A DNA stretch of 62,960 bases, the filler included, from Licmophora abbreviata (lineage: Eukaryota): NCBI GenBank assembly GCA_900291995.1. It is 11 parts of 11 records of this genome, joined end to end, with 100 filler letters (N's around TTAATTAATTAA, not from the genome) between each part and the next. Parts side by side here need not be neighbours in the genome. Positions count along the whole stretch, not along the records: positions 11,252 to 19,666 come from OLMU01002382.1; positions 19,767 to 26,877 come from OLMU01002383.1; 9 more parts are not named here. The stretch is one strand, 5' to 3'. The notes under the pieces are model-generated. The model saw only the letters and a program-made list of their open reading frames with translations. It made no database searches and was not told the DNA's origin. The position numbers and the translations under genes are program-made. Below are positions 12,739 to 23,258 of this stretch, in pieces; the stretch's first letter is position 1, and every line of letters starts with the position of its first letter.

Positions 12739-13132
12739 AGTTTTAGGTTGTTGTACCCGGTATACAAAGTGAAACAAAGGTAACCATTAGCTTTTGGATC
12801 GTATCGTGCAGTATGGAGTACATCGCTGTCGCAAAATACCATCCTTGACCGTATTAGCTAGGTACATCTTGAGCTAGGTACTTCTCCAGGTGAGAATTCG
12901 ATCTGTTAAGTCGAATGAGTCAATCAATCCATGGCGCGCGAGAAAAGTCGACGCGGGCACGCGCGTCTGCGAGAATTGCAAATTGCAAATTGAACCATGG
13001 CACCATGGCGACGATGATGTTGCTTCGTCACGTCATCCCAACGTGTCTGTCTCCTACTCCATTCTGTCACAGTTGCACACTCTCTACTGTAACTTCTCTC
13101 TCTCTCTCTCTCGCTGTGATTTCGAGTAGAAA

Positions 13133-15217
13133 ATGCCTTGTATTCCTGGTTTGAAATCTGGTGCATTTCGAAAAGCTGATGCTGCAGATGACAATAGCGA
13201 CATACCGGCAGCGACGCTTCGTCTGGAATTGACTAAGTCAGTTTTACAAGCCGACGGGTCCTTCGACTTTCGCTGGGCCACTTCACAAAGTTCAGATGGT
13301 GGCTATCACTTGAAAGCTTCCGGGAATCTACTTCGCACGAAGAACCACCTCAAATTAGACTGCCGGTGCCCCAGTTTTGCCCAAATGATGGTGCCATCAT
13401 CGAGGACACGAGTTCCAACAGTCTGTGCGCACCTCTACGATGCACTCATCAGCGTTACGGATCCGTCCGTGGAGGTTACGAATTGCACCGGTGCGGAAGC
13501 TGCTCGTCTTCCCAAGCATCCGACTTGGAATCATCATGACTTGGTGGACGACGACGACGACGACGATGCGAAACTGCCTGCTGATGGTACCAGGAAGCGA
13601 CGACGACGAAAAGCACCTCATGTAGACTCAGAAATAGTCGAGGATTTATCTGCTTCTGACTCGCGCAAAAAGCAAATTCGGCGCAGTGCAACTCCGGAAT
13701 CATCATCATTGACGATCGAAGCGCCCATCAAACTTCTATGCACAGACCAGGACCAGGCCCTCCGAAGACAGAACAGCCGTGATCACCATTGGAGTTGGTC
13801 ACAGTGTCGAACTTTGCGCGAATTGATTCTTACACGCCAAACAACATCGGTGATTCAATGGATCGTCATTTCCAATTTCATGATTGACGCTTCCTACCTC
13901 CTCGAGCAAGTCCCCGAGCTCTTGTCCATCCAACATGTGGTGATATTTTACCAGACGGCAGTAGGGGACGGGGGCTTGGATACTTGGAAACGTAGGGCGT
14001 TTCGGGCGGGGCAGACCCTCGAAATGGTGCGACTCAACCCAAATGACACACCGGGACCGACGAATCCTCTGCGGTACCGATTCTTCAGCGGGACGCATCA
14101 CACGAAATTGTTCTTAGTGGGTTATGCAAATGAAGACAAGATTCGAGTCGTTGTGCACACCGCCAATCTGATACGTTGTGATATCCACAACAAGGCGCAA
14201 GCTGCGTATATGGAAGAATTCCCTATGATGATGGGCTCATCCTCAACAGCAGCAGCTGGACGCAACGACTATCAAGATACGCTCATTAACTACGTGAAAA
14301 GCTACGGATACACCAAGAAGCTTGCATGGCTTGGAAACGTTGCTCGTCGAGAGTCACTGGTCGATCTGTTGAAATGTTACGATTTCTCGTCGGCCAAGGC
14401 TGTTTTGATTCCGTCAATTCCGGGATATTACGATCTGAGCAACAAGGAAAATCGGCAAGATCGATCAGTTGGTCATGTCAAGCTCAAACAGGCAATTGCC
14501 AGTCGAACCAAGTGGGACGGCTCAAGGGCAGCGGCGGTGCGTCCCGTTGTTTGTCAGTTCTCCTCCATTGGAACACAAATATCGGAAAAGTACTTGCGAG
14601 AGCTCCAAGCTTCCATGGATACGAGACTTGCCCGACAAAACTACAAGGGAAATGACGACAAGACCCCACTCTGTATGAGATTTGTGTACCCGACGGTAGA
14701 GGAGATTCGGAATTCGGTGGAAGGAATCATTGGAGGTAGCTCGGTGCCTGGAAGACTCAAGGCCGTCAACAAGTCCTTTGTTCAGAGTCGTTTGCACACT
14801 TGGTCATCCACTACTGCAACCTCGTCATCATCACAAAACCCTCTCGAGAAACCCAAGAATATTCCACATATCAAGACTTACTATCAACCGTCCACGCAAG
14901 GCGACAGTATGGATTGGCTCGTCGTCGGGTCTCAAAACATGTCGAAACAAGCGTGGGGGGAATACACGACGAACAAGTGGAACCAAAGACTCCAGCTCAG
15001 GGTCTCCAGCTGGGAGCTTGGTGTCTTTGTATCACCAGATACGTTGGGAGTCGAAAAGTTGGTGTTTTGGGATGACGGCAATGATGGCGGCACTAGAAGT
15101 ACGAGCGGACAATCCCGAACGGCCACGGTGCCAATGCCATACAAAATGTATTTGCCAGAACCCTATGGCGATGGTGACGTTGCTTGGGCCATCGATCGTC
15201 CAGATATGCTGCATTAG
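13133..15217 (+). CDS. TDP1: Tyrosyl-DNA phosphodiesterase 1 with N-terminal SWIM-type zinc finger
   Basis: Two HKN motifs (GTHHTK..HTANL; PHIKTY..GSQNMSKQAWG), QFSSIG, YPTVEEIRNS, SWELGV, PMPY..PEPY. N-terminal CRC-x19-CAH. Confidence 0.93.
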   Translation: MPCIPGLKSGAFRKADAADDNSDIPAATLRLELTKSVLQADGSFDFRWATSQSSDGGYHLKASGNLLRTKNHLKLDCRCPSFAQMMVPSSRTRVPTVCAHLYDALISVTDPSVEVTNCTGAEAARLPKHPTWNHHDLVDDDDDDDAKLPADGTRKRRRRKAPHVDSEIVEDLSASDSRKKQIRRSATPESSSLTIEAPIKLLCTDQDQALRRQNSRDHHWSWSQCRTLRELILTRQTTSVIQWIVISNFMIDASYLLEQVPELLSIQHVVIFYQTAVGDGGLDTWKRRAFRAGQTLEMVRLNPNDTPGPTNPLRYRFFSGTHHTKLFLVGYANEDKIRVVVHTANLIRCDIHNKAQAAYMEEFPMMMGSSSTAAAGRNDYQDTLINYVKSYGYTKKLAWLGNVARRESLVDLLKCYDFSSAKAVLIPSIPGYYDLSNKENRQDRSVGHVKLKQAIASRTKWDGSRAAAVRPVVCQFSSIGTQISEKYLRELQASMDTRLARQNYKGNDDKTPLCMRFVYPTVEEIRNSVEGIIGGSSVPGRLKAVNKSFVQSRLHTWSSTTATSSSSQNPLEKPKNIPHIKTYYQPSTQGDSMDWLVVGSQNMSKQAWGEYTTNKWNQRLQLRVSSWELGVFVSPDTLGVEKLVFWDDGNDGGTRSTSGQSRTATVPMPYKMYLPEPYGDGDVAWAIDRPDMLH

Positions 15218-15310
15218 TCGGACATCGATGGATCTACACTTTTGTGTACACAAAGATCGAAAACTTAATCTACTAGAGTTCTCCTGCCTCTCATACACAC
15301 CATGACTTTT

Positions 15311-16064
15311 CTACTTGCTCGACGGCGCAACCGTATCCTTGAACCACTCGCGGTTTTCAATTTCCGTTTGCACTTCCTCCTCCAGTTCCGGATACATTTC
15401 ATACAACTGCGTCACGGTCGTTTCTCGCGTCGTCCTGTTGGCTTTCTGGTAGTCAATTTCCTTTTGCGTATCCTCCACCATTTCCTTCATCAGGGCCACT
15501 CTGGATCGCGCGTCTTCAATCAATTGTTCCTTTTCCTTCTTGTCCGAGGCATCCCAGACATGCGTAATCGGAGGAGGCTTGGCAGCGGTGTACATTTTCT
15601 CCAAGAGCGTCACGAGTTCCTTGTCCTTGACCGCGCTCTTGGTAGTCTCAAAGGCAATTTTGGAGGGAGGGGCCTTGTAGGTTTCCGCCAATTGTTCCGC
15701 ACTGGCGGTCCAGCTCTGGAACTGCGTGGCGGCGGCCTTCAGCTCGGCACTGCCGTTCTTGAAGGCATAGCCAGACCTGCAAAAATACACACAAGAGACA
15801 GTGAGAAGCAGCAACGCGGTCGAGGAATCCAGTCTCATCCGTCCTCCACCGACAAGTACGGTCCGCTGTATGCTAAATTTGTCGCAAGTGACGTCGGTGG
15901 ACGCAGCCAAACGATCTTTCCTTGGCTCTTTCTCTCGCTGCTGTGTACTACTATTCTATTCTTTCTTTCTCTACATACCAATCAATGGACGGAGTGCTGC
16001 GGGTAGCAAGAGAGCGTACTACCCGACGAGCTGTCAAGGACGAGACAGACGAAGAGGCGCTCAT
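15311..16064 (-). CDS. ATP5PD: Mitochondrial ATP synthase subunit d; 2 exons (16064-15979, 15776-15311)
   Basis: Presequence MSASSSVSSLTARRVVRSL, IDW at the splice junction, PPSKIAF, C-terminal YPELEEEVQTEIENREW; GT-AG splice keeps the frame. Confidence 0.85.
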
Positions 16065-16315
16065 GGTGCAGGTCGATGCGCGCGGCTTGTGTGGGTGTGA
16101 GGAGGGATGACGAATGGCATGTAGAATGTGTGTAGAAAGCATACCACAGTACTGGAGACCTTCAATAGAACCCGGATCGGACCTCGTAGCTCGCGGTCAG
16201 TCATTGGTCATCTCAGGAAAAAATCAAAAATCAGCTCTCGCGTCTTGCGACCATGGGAAAATGAACACCTCAACACCTTACTTCTAAGACGACAATCATT
16301 TCCTACATCAACAGG

Positions 16316-17581
16316 ATGAGTCCCTCGTCATTGAGATTTTTCAAATTGATTTTTTGTTCTTCCTTGCTACTTTCCTCTTGTTATTATGGTCGTGCATCGG
16401 AAGATGATTTGTATTCCATTCTGGGAGTTGCTCGGGATGCTTCGACGCCCGAAATTAAACGCGCCTATCGTCGCAAAGCAAGAGATACACATCCCGACAA
16501 GCAGAACAAAAACAATGCAGATTCCTCGACGGAAGAATTTCGAAAAGTAGTGGATGCGTTTGAAGTCTTGAGTGATCCACAGTCACGACAATACTATGAT
16601 CGGACTGGACGAACCAAGAGCAGCAATTCTGGTGGTCGTAGCAGTGGACAACAGAGACACCAGCATCACTGGTCCTGGCACTTTTCGTCTTCCAACCGTC
16701 GAAGACCGCTGTTGAAGGACACACTGAAAGTCAAAGAAGCTCAGATGCGCGTCATGCACGTCGTGTCCATGGCGCAGCTCCAAACAGTCATGTTGGACGT
16801 CGATAAGGATGATGTGCTGGAACGGAGTCTGCTCATGTGCTTTGTAACACCGCCTGTTGAGAGCATTGCCACGGACGAATTGCTATTCCCGTATCCCTTT
16901 GCTGGTATGAGTTCCCAAAGTATCTGGTGGGAAGACATTCTGCAGACCGTCATGGTTCGATACCATCGTTCCAATGAATTGACAGACTTTTTCGAAATTC
17001 CGCATGGCGACGAATTGCGACATCCAGTCGTGGTGTACGTACGAAAGGGTGATCCGCTTTCTAAGTTTACAAAGCTGACGGGCAACGCCAACCGCCAATT
17101 TCTAGAAACATGGGTGTGGAAGCAGCTGGAGGTCGAAGTGGCTTTCAACAATAGACACAATCATCCAATCGAGTTGTATTGGGCCAGTGGGACATCGGCG
17201 CAGCTCAAAGCTACCATTCAACCCAACGAGTCGCACTTTGAAACGACCATGCTTTCACACGAGTACCTTGCCCGGGATGCTCGTGTCGATAGGTTTCCCG
17301 ATTCCCCTGGACGTTACAAGCTGCTACCCAACTCGACACTGGGATCGTGGAAGATACTGTCGACGGAACCACAGTCGATTGACATTGTGACACGGTCCTG
17401 CGTGGACATGAGTGGACACTGCTATTTCTGGTCTGTCAATCCAAAAGGTGAATGCGAACGGAACACGCACTTTATGCACGACAAGTGCCCACGGACGTGC
17501 AACGTGTGCAATGATGATACTGATGGCAACCACAATTCGACATCCTCGCAGCAGCAGCGCGGTAACAAGGATGAACTGTAG
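16316..17581 (+). CDS. ER-resident DnaJ protein: signal peptide, J domain, putative thioredoxin-like fold, VHL-beta-like domain, ShKT, KDEL
   Basis: DLYSILGV..HPDK..AFEVLSDP; VAFNNRHNHPIELYW..TTMLSHEYLARD; six-Cys ShKT CVD..HC..W..GEC..NTHFM..CPRTCNVC; terminal KDEL. Confidence 0.88.
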   Translation: MSPSSLRFFKLIFCSSLLLSSCYYGRASEDDLYSILGVARDASTPEIKRAYRRKARDTHPDKQNKNNADSSTEEFRKVVDAFEVLSDPQSRQYYDRTGRTKSSNSGGRSSGQQRHQHHWSWHFSSSNRRRPLLKDTLKVKEAQMRVMHVVSMAQLQTVMLDVDKDDVLERSLLMCFVTPPVESIATDELLFPYPFAGMSSQSIWWEDILQTVMVRYHRSNELTDFFEIPHGDELRHPVVVYVRKGDPLSKFTKLTGNANRQFLETWVWKQLEVEVAFNNRHNHPIELYWASGTSAQLKATIQPNESHFETTMLSHEYLARDARVDRFPDSPGRYKLLPNSTLGSWKILSTEPQSIDIVTRSCVDMSGHCYFWSVNPKGECERNTHFMHDKCPRTCNVCNDDTDGNHNSTSSQQQRGNKDEL

Positions 17582-17617
17582 AATTGAGTTCTGTCGATCA
17601 AAATATTGAGCCTACTC

Positions 17618-18071
17618 CTATTTGAATCGCTTCATGATCTCTTGTCTAGTCTTTCGAGACAATGGTATTCCCCGTGCTACGCATTCATTCACAACGGAAC
17701 TGTAGGAGGACAACTCTTCTGGTCGTTGTTGAAGAATCTGAAACGCCGTAGCGAGAAGGGAAATGAGTAAACACACACAGCTTTTCAAGAGTGAACCTAA
17801 ATTACGAATGCGTTGCGGTACTTACGTGCATCCACAATGGAATGCTTTGGTTGTCATCAATCTCCATCATCGCTACATCATCAGCAGCAGACAACGATGT
17901 TGTTACCATCACCACAGAGTTACACGGTTTTTGGTAGTCATGGACGCTGCTGGTTGCGCTGCCATCTATCTTTTGTCGTTTCAAAGTTGTCGTCGAGTCG
18001 GAAAGATCCAGTACAGTAATGGCGCAGCATCGTTTGGGAGACGCGGCAGAGTAGGCCGTCGCCGGCGTCAT
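17618..18071 (-). CDS. Small two-exon hypothetical protein, 121 aa (exons 18071-17826, 17737-17618)
   Basis: 82-codon exon ending at a GTAAGT donor, 88-nt intron ending TTTCAG, phase-0 join to ILQQRPEELSSYSSVVNECVARGIPLSRKTRQEIMKRFK-stop. Confidence 0.65.
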
Positions 18072-18318
18072 GGTGAATTCTGAAAAATTGCACACACACA
18101 ACATCTCGGCATCGCATCAGCGAGAGAACTTCCGGGTTTTTCACCGTCGCGTCTGTCCATTGATCGCTATTGTGCAGATCGCTGAAGAAACCCGGAGCTG
18201 CCTGGTTGAACCCTGAAGATCGCGAAAGTGACGACCTACGAACTTTTGTACGTAGGATATGGTACAGTGCATCTTGAAGGGCATCCAAACGCCATTGTCC
18301 ACCTCGAAACTGGAAAAA

Positions 18319-19329
18319 ATGGTGAAATTTGCCGCTCTTGCCGTCGCTCTTGTTGCCGGATCGGCCTCGGCCTTTGCGCCGATCGCATCCTCTAGCCGAT
18401 CTGGAACGGTCGCGTTGAATGCCGAGATGAGCCAGGCTCTTCCGTTCATGAAGAAGCCCGAACTTGTGAGTTGTCGCGTAGTATCGGATCGAACTGTGTT
18501 CAGTGTCGAGGAATCTCTTTAATCTGTCGTTTTGGATCTTTTGAGAAATGTTAGACGATTCGTATTTTCGAATTCCTGTTTAGCCATGTTGTCGCTGTGG
18601 GCCACTACCATACTGGAGCCACGAAGGAATTTGAGCTGCAACCCCGCATAAGACTACAGAACTCAAATCGATGTGAGAGATTCCTTTTTCAAGTCTGTCA
18701 CGAAAATGTTAGAACACCGGGGGTATCCATCCGAGAAGACCGCCTTTGGCCCGAAGGGCTCTTCAGCTCTCCCGACATCCCTAAACTCACAAACAGTCCT
18801 TTCTGTCCTCGCTTGCGCTCCTTAGCTTGACGGATCCATGGCCGGTGATGTTGGTTTTGACCCACTTGGTCTGTCGACTGTCGATGACGTTGGCGTCGAT
18901 CTCTACTGGCTCCGCGAGGCCGAAATCAAGCACTGCCGTCTTGCTATGATGGCCGTCGCTGGTATTCTTCATGTTGAGATCTTTGGCCCGGCCCCCGGGT
19001 GTGAAATGGCCACCTCCAAATGCCAGATGGATGCCTTCTGGGAGATCTGGGGTGCCCACCCCCAATACATTGCGTTTGGCTTGATCATGGTCATGATTAT
19101 TGAAATGTTCTCTGGAATTGCTGTCACAACGGGCCGTGAGACTGGCGACCGCGCACCGGGTGACTTCGGATTGGATCCTCTTGGCTTTGGAAAGGACCCC
19201 GCCAAGCTTGCGACTCTCCAGTTGCAGGAGGTTAAGAACGGCCGTCTTGCCATGTGGGCTGCCTCAGGCCTGCTTCTGCAGGGATGCAGCAACCACATGG
19301 GCGGCCTCGAGGCTGCTGGACTCCAGTAA
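18319..19329 (+). CDS. LHCR: Fucoxanthin-chlorophyll a/c light-harvesting protein, Lhcr-type; 2 exons (18319-18465, 18826-19329)
   Basis: Signal peptide plus ASAFAP; SQALPF..LDGSMAGDVGFDPLG; REAEIKHCRLAM; PGDFGLDPLG; QEVKNGRLAM. Confidence 0.93.
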
Positions 19330-19546
19330 TTACTGCATTGTGTTGCGTAAGTGTTGGAATCAAACATCGGGAGGGTGTGTGCGAGTAGTCTACTTCTACT
19401 TTCTCTCGTTCACGGTGCAAAACGTGCCCAGAACTTGTTCTCGTGACAGGGCTCGTTGGATCTTATAAATAAAGCGCTAGTAGCTATTGTTACGAGTCCA
19501 GCTGCTTCTTATGCACTTGTTGTTGGCGATCGTCGTACTACTTTAT

Positions 19547-20927
19547 CTACGCCACTGGATCGCCACGCTTGTCTCCATCCCAATCGTAGAAGCCCTTACC
19601 ACTCTTTCTTCCTAGATCTCCCGCCGCCACCATGGCCTTGAGACACTCTGGAATAATAAAGGCTGGNNNNNNNNNNNNNNNNNNNNNNNNNNNNNNNNNN
19701 NNNNNNNNNNTTAATTAATTAANNNNNNNNNNNNNNNNNNNNNNNNNNNNNNNNNNNNNNNNNNNNACACTCTGGAATAATAAAGGCTGGTTCATTGGGA
19801 TACCTATTGTCGGGAACGGGCAATGGGATCGAATCAGACAGCAGCATGTTCAAATGTGTGAGTGTCGTATCATGCTCATCGCGCGCACCAAAACGATGTC
19901 AACCCTTTTGTCCGCACTCACTTTTCAACCCATCCTTCAACGATAAAAAGACAGGTGTCGAGCCCAATATAATCCGCCAAATGTAAGGGACCCATTGGAT
20001 GTCCCGCTCCCAGCTGCATGGACAAGTCAATGTCCTTGACAGTGGCATCCTTCCGATCCACCATGCTCATGGCTTGCATCAATGCCGGCACCAAGAGTCG
20101 ATTCACAATGAAGCCCGGTGTGTCCCCACACGAAACTGGTACCTTGTTAATGTTTGAGACCCACTGATGAGCAGAGTCAAATGTGGCATCGCTGGTGTAC
20201 TTGGTACGAATGACTTCGACCAATTTCATAATTTGGACGGGATTGAAGAAGTGGACACCGACGAAGTTTTCGGGTCGACCCGAGTATTCGGCCATTTCGG
20301 TAATTGACAGGGACGATGTGTTACTGGCAAAGATAGTGGAAGGCTGGCAGACAGTGCCCAGATCGGTATATAGACTCTTTTTGAGATCCATGTTTTCAAT
20401 GACAGCCTCGACGACGTAGTCGGTGTCGGAGAGCAGACTCATATCGGTGGTGAATTGAATACGCGATAGCGTTGCATCAGCATCCTCCTTAGAAAGCTTG
20501 CCCTTGGTAACCAGTTTCTGAATACTTCCTTCAATACGAGCTCGACCCTTGTCTAAGAACGCTTGCTGTGGTTCGAACGCGACAACAGAACTGTGGACGC
20601 CAGATTGGGCAGCCACTTGGCAAATACCGTGACCCATCAGACCCAAGCCGATCACTCCAATCTTGTCAAAGGAGGCGGAAACAGACAAAGTACGCTGCGG
20701 ATTAGAGAGATGAGTCGCTATGCGACGCGTCGAATGGGCTGTGTACATACAGTAGCACATCAGTGCGGACAAGGGACAAGAGGAAGCGAAGAGAGTGCGC
20801 GGTGGAGTGAGATTTTGGATCTTTGGACGAAATAGGAAACGACGCTCTTGGACCTATCGAAACTCGCAAAACAGATGGATCGTACCCCATAGCGAGCTAG
20901 TCGAGTGACGAAAGAGACTGAGGACAT
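19547..20927 (-). CDS. 3-hydroxyacyl/3-hydroxybutyryl-CoA dehydrogenase (mitochondrial); 3 exons, the last spanning the spacer
   Basis: GLGLMGHGI Rossmann motif, EAVIEN, SNTSS, HFFNPV, PGFIVNRL, HPMGP. The last exon YPNEPAFIIPECLKAMVAAGDLGRKSGKGFY is reconstructed across the gap. Confidence 0.93.
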
Positions 20928-21356
20928 GTTGAAGAGGAGAGACGACGCCGTGAAAAGACAAGAGTACGCCTCCAAAAGACCACAAGGAAGAGAAAAGTGT
21001 CATCATCACACATGACGCGGGCGAAAAGTCGCGTATCTTTTTGAGTCGAGGAGGTCGTGTGCAGGGCGGAACGTCTCAGAATGGAAATACGCGGTAAGAA
21101 GAACCGGTATCATGCCAGTATCATGACTACACAGCGAAGACTGATGCAGACCTACCAGGGTACCAGGTACCGGTAGTTGCCATGCGATGGAGTTTTCGCG
21201 GCCTTAGTCTACTGGTATGATAGATCCAGACAATGTGCAGTATTTCTAACCGCTTAGCAGACACGTCCATTAGGTTGAGATAGTGACGAGTTAGAGACTT
21301 CGGTCGATCCTCAAATACACAGCCAGCAGCTATAAATTAGACCCACCCCTCATCCT

Positions 21357-22966
21357 TTAGAAGTCACCTGTCATTGCGGCTTGTTCCTCGGCCGCAGCTC
21401 GCTGTCCGCGATGAAGATCCTTCCAAAGAGGTTCGAGGAAGTCCTTCTGAAACGGCTCAAAGTGCTCCTTCAAACTCGTCCTTTGCCAATCATAGGCGGT
21501 ACGCTTGCCTCCGTCGTCTTTCTTTTCGTACTCGTCCAACTCTTGAATAAGCTCTCCCAACGTCGGGACAGTAAAAGGATCAAAGTCATCAACCGTCTTT
21601 GCGTCAATTGGGACACAGACGCGTCCTGTCTTTGGGTGGACACAGAACGGCGACTTCAACAAGTGATTTTGCATCTTGGACACGTTGATATCCAAACGAG
21701 GATACGTATACTGAAAGACGGTGGAAACAGGCCACAACTCGAGGGCTGTCTTCTCGGCGGACGAAATGGTTTTGTGAGCTTTACCCTTGCCTTGCTGTTT
21801 GGTATTTCCAAATATGGAGAGGTGCTTCTTGAGTTCAGTCCACTTTTCGAATGGTGTGCTCGCGTTGGACTCCCATTTTTTTAGAAGATTGTCGTGGACA
21901 GCCTCGGCGGTGGGCGGCAAGGTCTTTAACAATGCCTTCCACTCCTCCTTGGTGGCCAGCAGTCCGTGCCCAGACGCGGGAAGCACGTATTTGACAAACA
22001 GAGGCTCGAGTATCTTGTACGAACGCTCTAGCATCGGGTGAAGAGGATGCGTCAAGCCAACCTTTTGATTCTTCTCGGATCCGAGAGAGACCTGTACGTG
22101 CGAGCAAGGGAGGCGGACAAATGAGATTCTTCAATCTCAATTCCATTCTCGTAACAGTAAGACTGGAAGCCATGGCAGATTCTTACCTCAAAGTACGAGG
22201 CGACGGCACTTCGCCCCTCGTTCGATAGCAGTCGCGCCGACTCATCGCACACCCAGGCGTGGACTCCACGACGTCCGGAATAAAACCACGCCACGTGCTG
22301 AAATCCAAAGTCCTCCCGCAAGCCTTCCTCCATGACTTTGACGGCCATACTCATAAATTCCCAGCACTTGCCGCAAATTGCGGCCCCACTGCAGCCGCAC
22401 TTTCGAACACCGTCGTAATCGGTCAAATCGATATCAAAGACAAGCTCGCGCTGCTGGGGTGTGATCTGGATACTCTTGTGATCCTTGGGAAAGTGGTCGA
22501 AGACGGCTCCGATATCAATTTTCCGAGGGCCCTTCTTCTGGATGTCTTGCTTGAGCTCGTTCTGTGTCTTAAAGCACTTGTAACGTAGATAGATCTCCTC
22601 CCCTGCATCGCTTTCAAGCGTAAAACTGAATTCACGTTTGGTGAAGAGAGGGCTAATCTTGGTCGGATCGGAGGCACAGGCCGGATCGTACGTCATCCAG
22701 TTGTATAGTAGCTCGTAAGGAAAGAGACGAGCGTAGTAAATGCGAAGAAGCTCCGGCGAAAATTTGGGAGGACTACTACTGATGGTCGTCGTAGCTGCAG
22801 TATCGTCATTGCCGGTCGATTTTGCGGTACTGTCCGTAGTGTTGTAACGATTCTCCATCACCTGCACAGGCTCTTGCATGACAACGTTTTCCTTATCTTC
22901 GTGTTTCTCCATGGTAGCGTCACCGGTGGCGCCGGGAGGAAGAGAAGTTGCGGTGGCGGCTGTCAT
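21357..22966 (-). CDS. PRIM1: DNA primase small (catalytic) subunit; intron 22186-22092
   Basis: REFSF, KIDIGA, RELVFDIDLTDY, CSGAAICGKCW, YSGRRGVHAW, YPRLDINV, HLLKSPFCVHPKTG. Confidence 0.96.
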
Positions 22967-23030
22967 GGTCCAACAATGCGATCTGCTTTGCTCCTCGCGA
23001 TATTTTTTGGAATGTGTCGAAGTCTGCAAA

Positions 23031-23048
23031 CCGAAAATTTTTGGCGCG
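23031..23048 (-). promoter_or_regulatory. E2F-type element upstream of PRIM1
   Basis: Sense-strand CGCGCCAAAAATTTTCGG (TTTGGCGCG on +), about 65-80 nt upstream of the ATG. Confidence 0.5.
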
Positions 23049-23258
23049 TAGCGGAATAGCGAAAGACGACGCCTTCGACTCGAAATAGCTGTCTTACTGT
23101 CTTAGCCTCATTCGATGTACGACACTATCGACCGCCTGTCTGCACTTCTTGTAGCAAGTTACACGGTTGCAACTTTGCCAATCGAGCATTCTATCTTTAC
23201 GGCTTTTCTGAAAGCGCAGTCGAGCACATGCCGGCTGCACCTTTTTAGTTTGCGAGTG

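Noticed and set aside
13340..13450. SWIM finger as a MuDR/Mutator transposase remnant
   Set aside because: No DDE domain, terminal inverted repeats or target-site duplication nearby; it is in frame with TDP1.
15302..16006. 234-aa plus-strand ORF
   Set aside because: Antisense to ATP synthase d.
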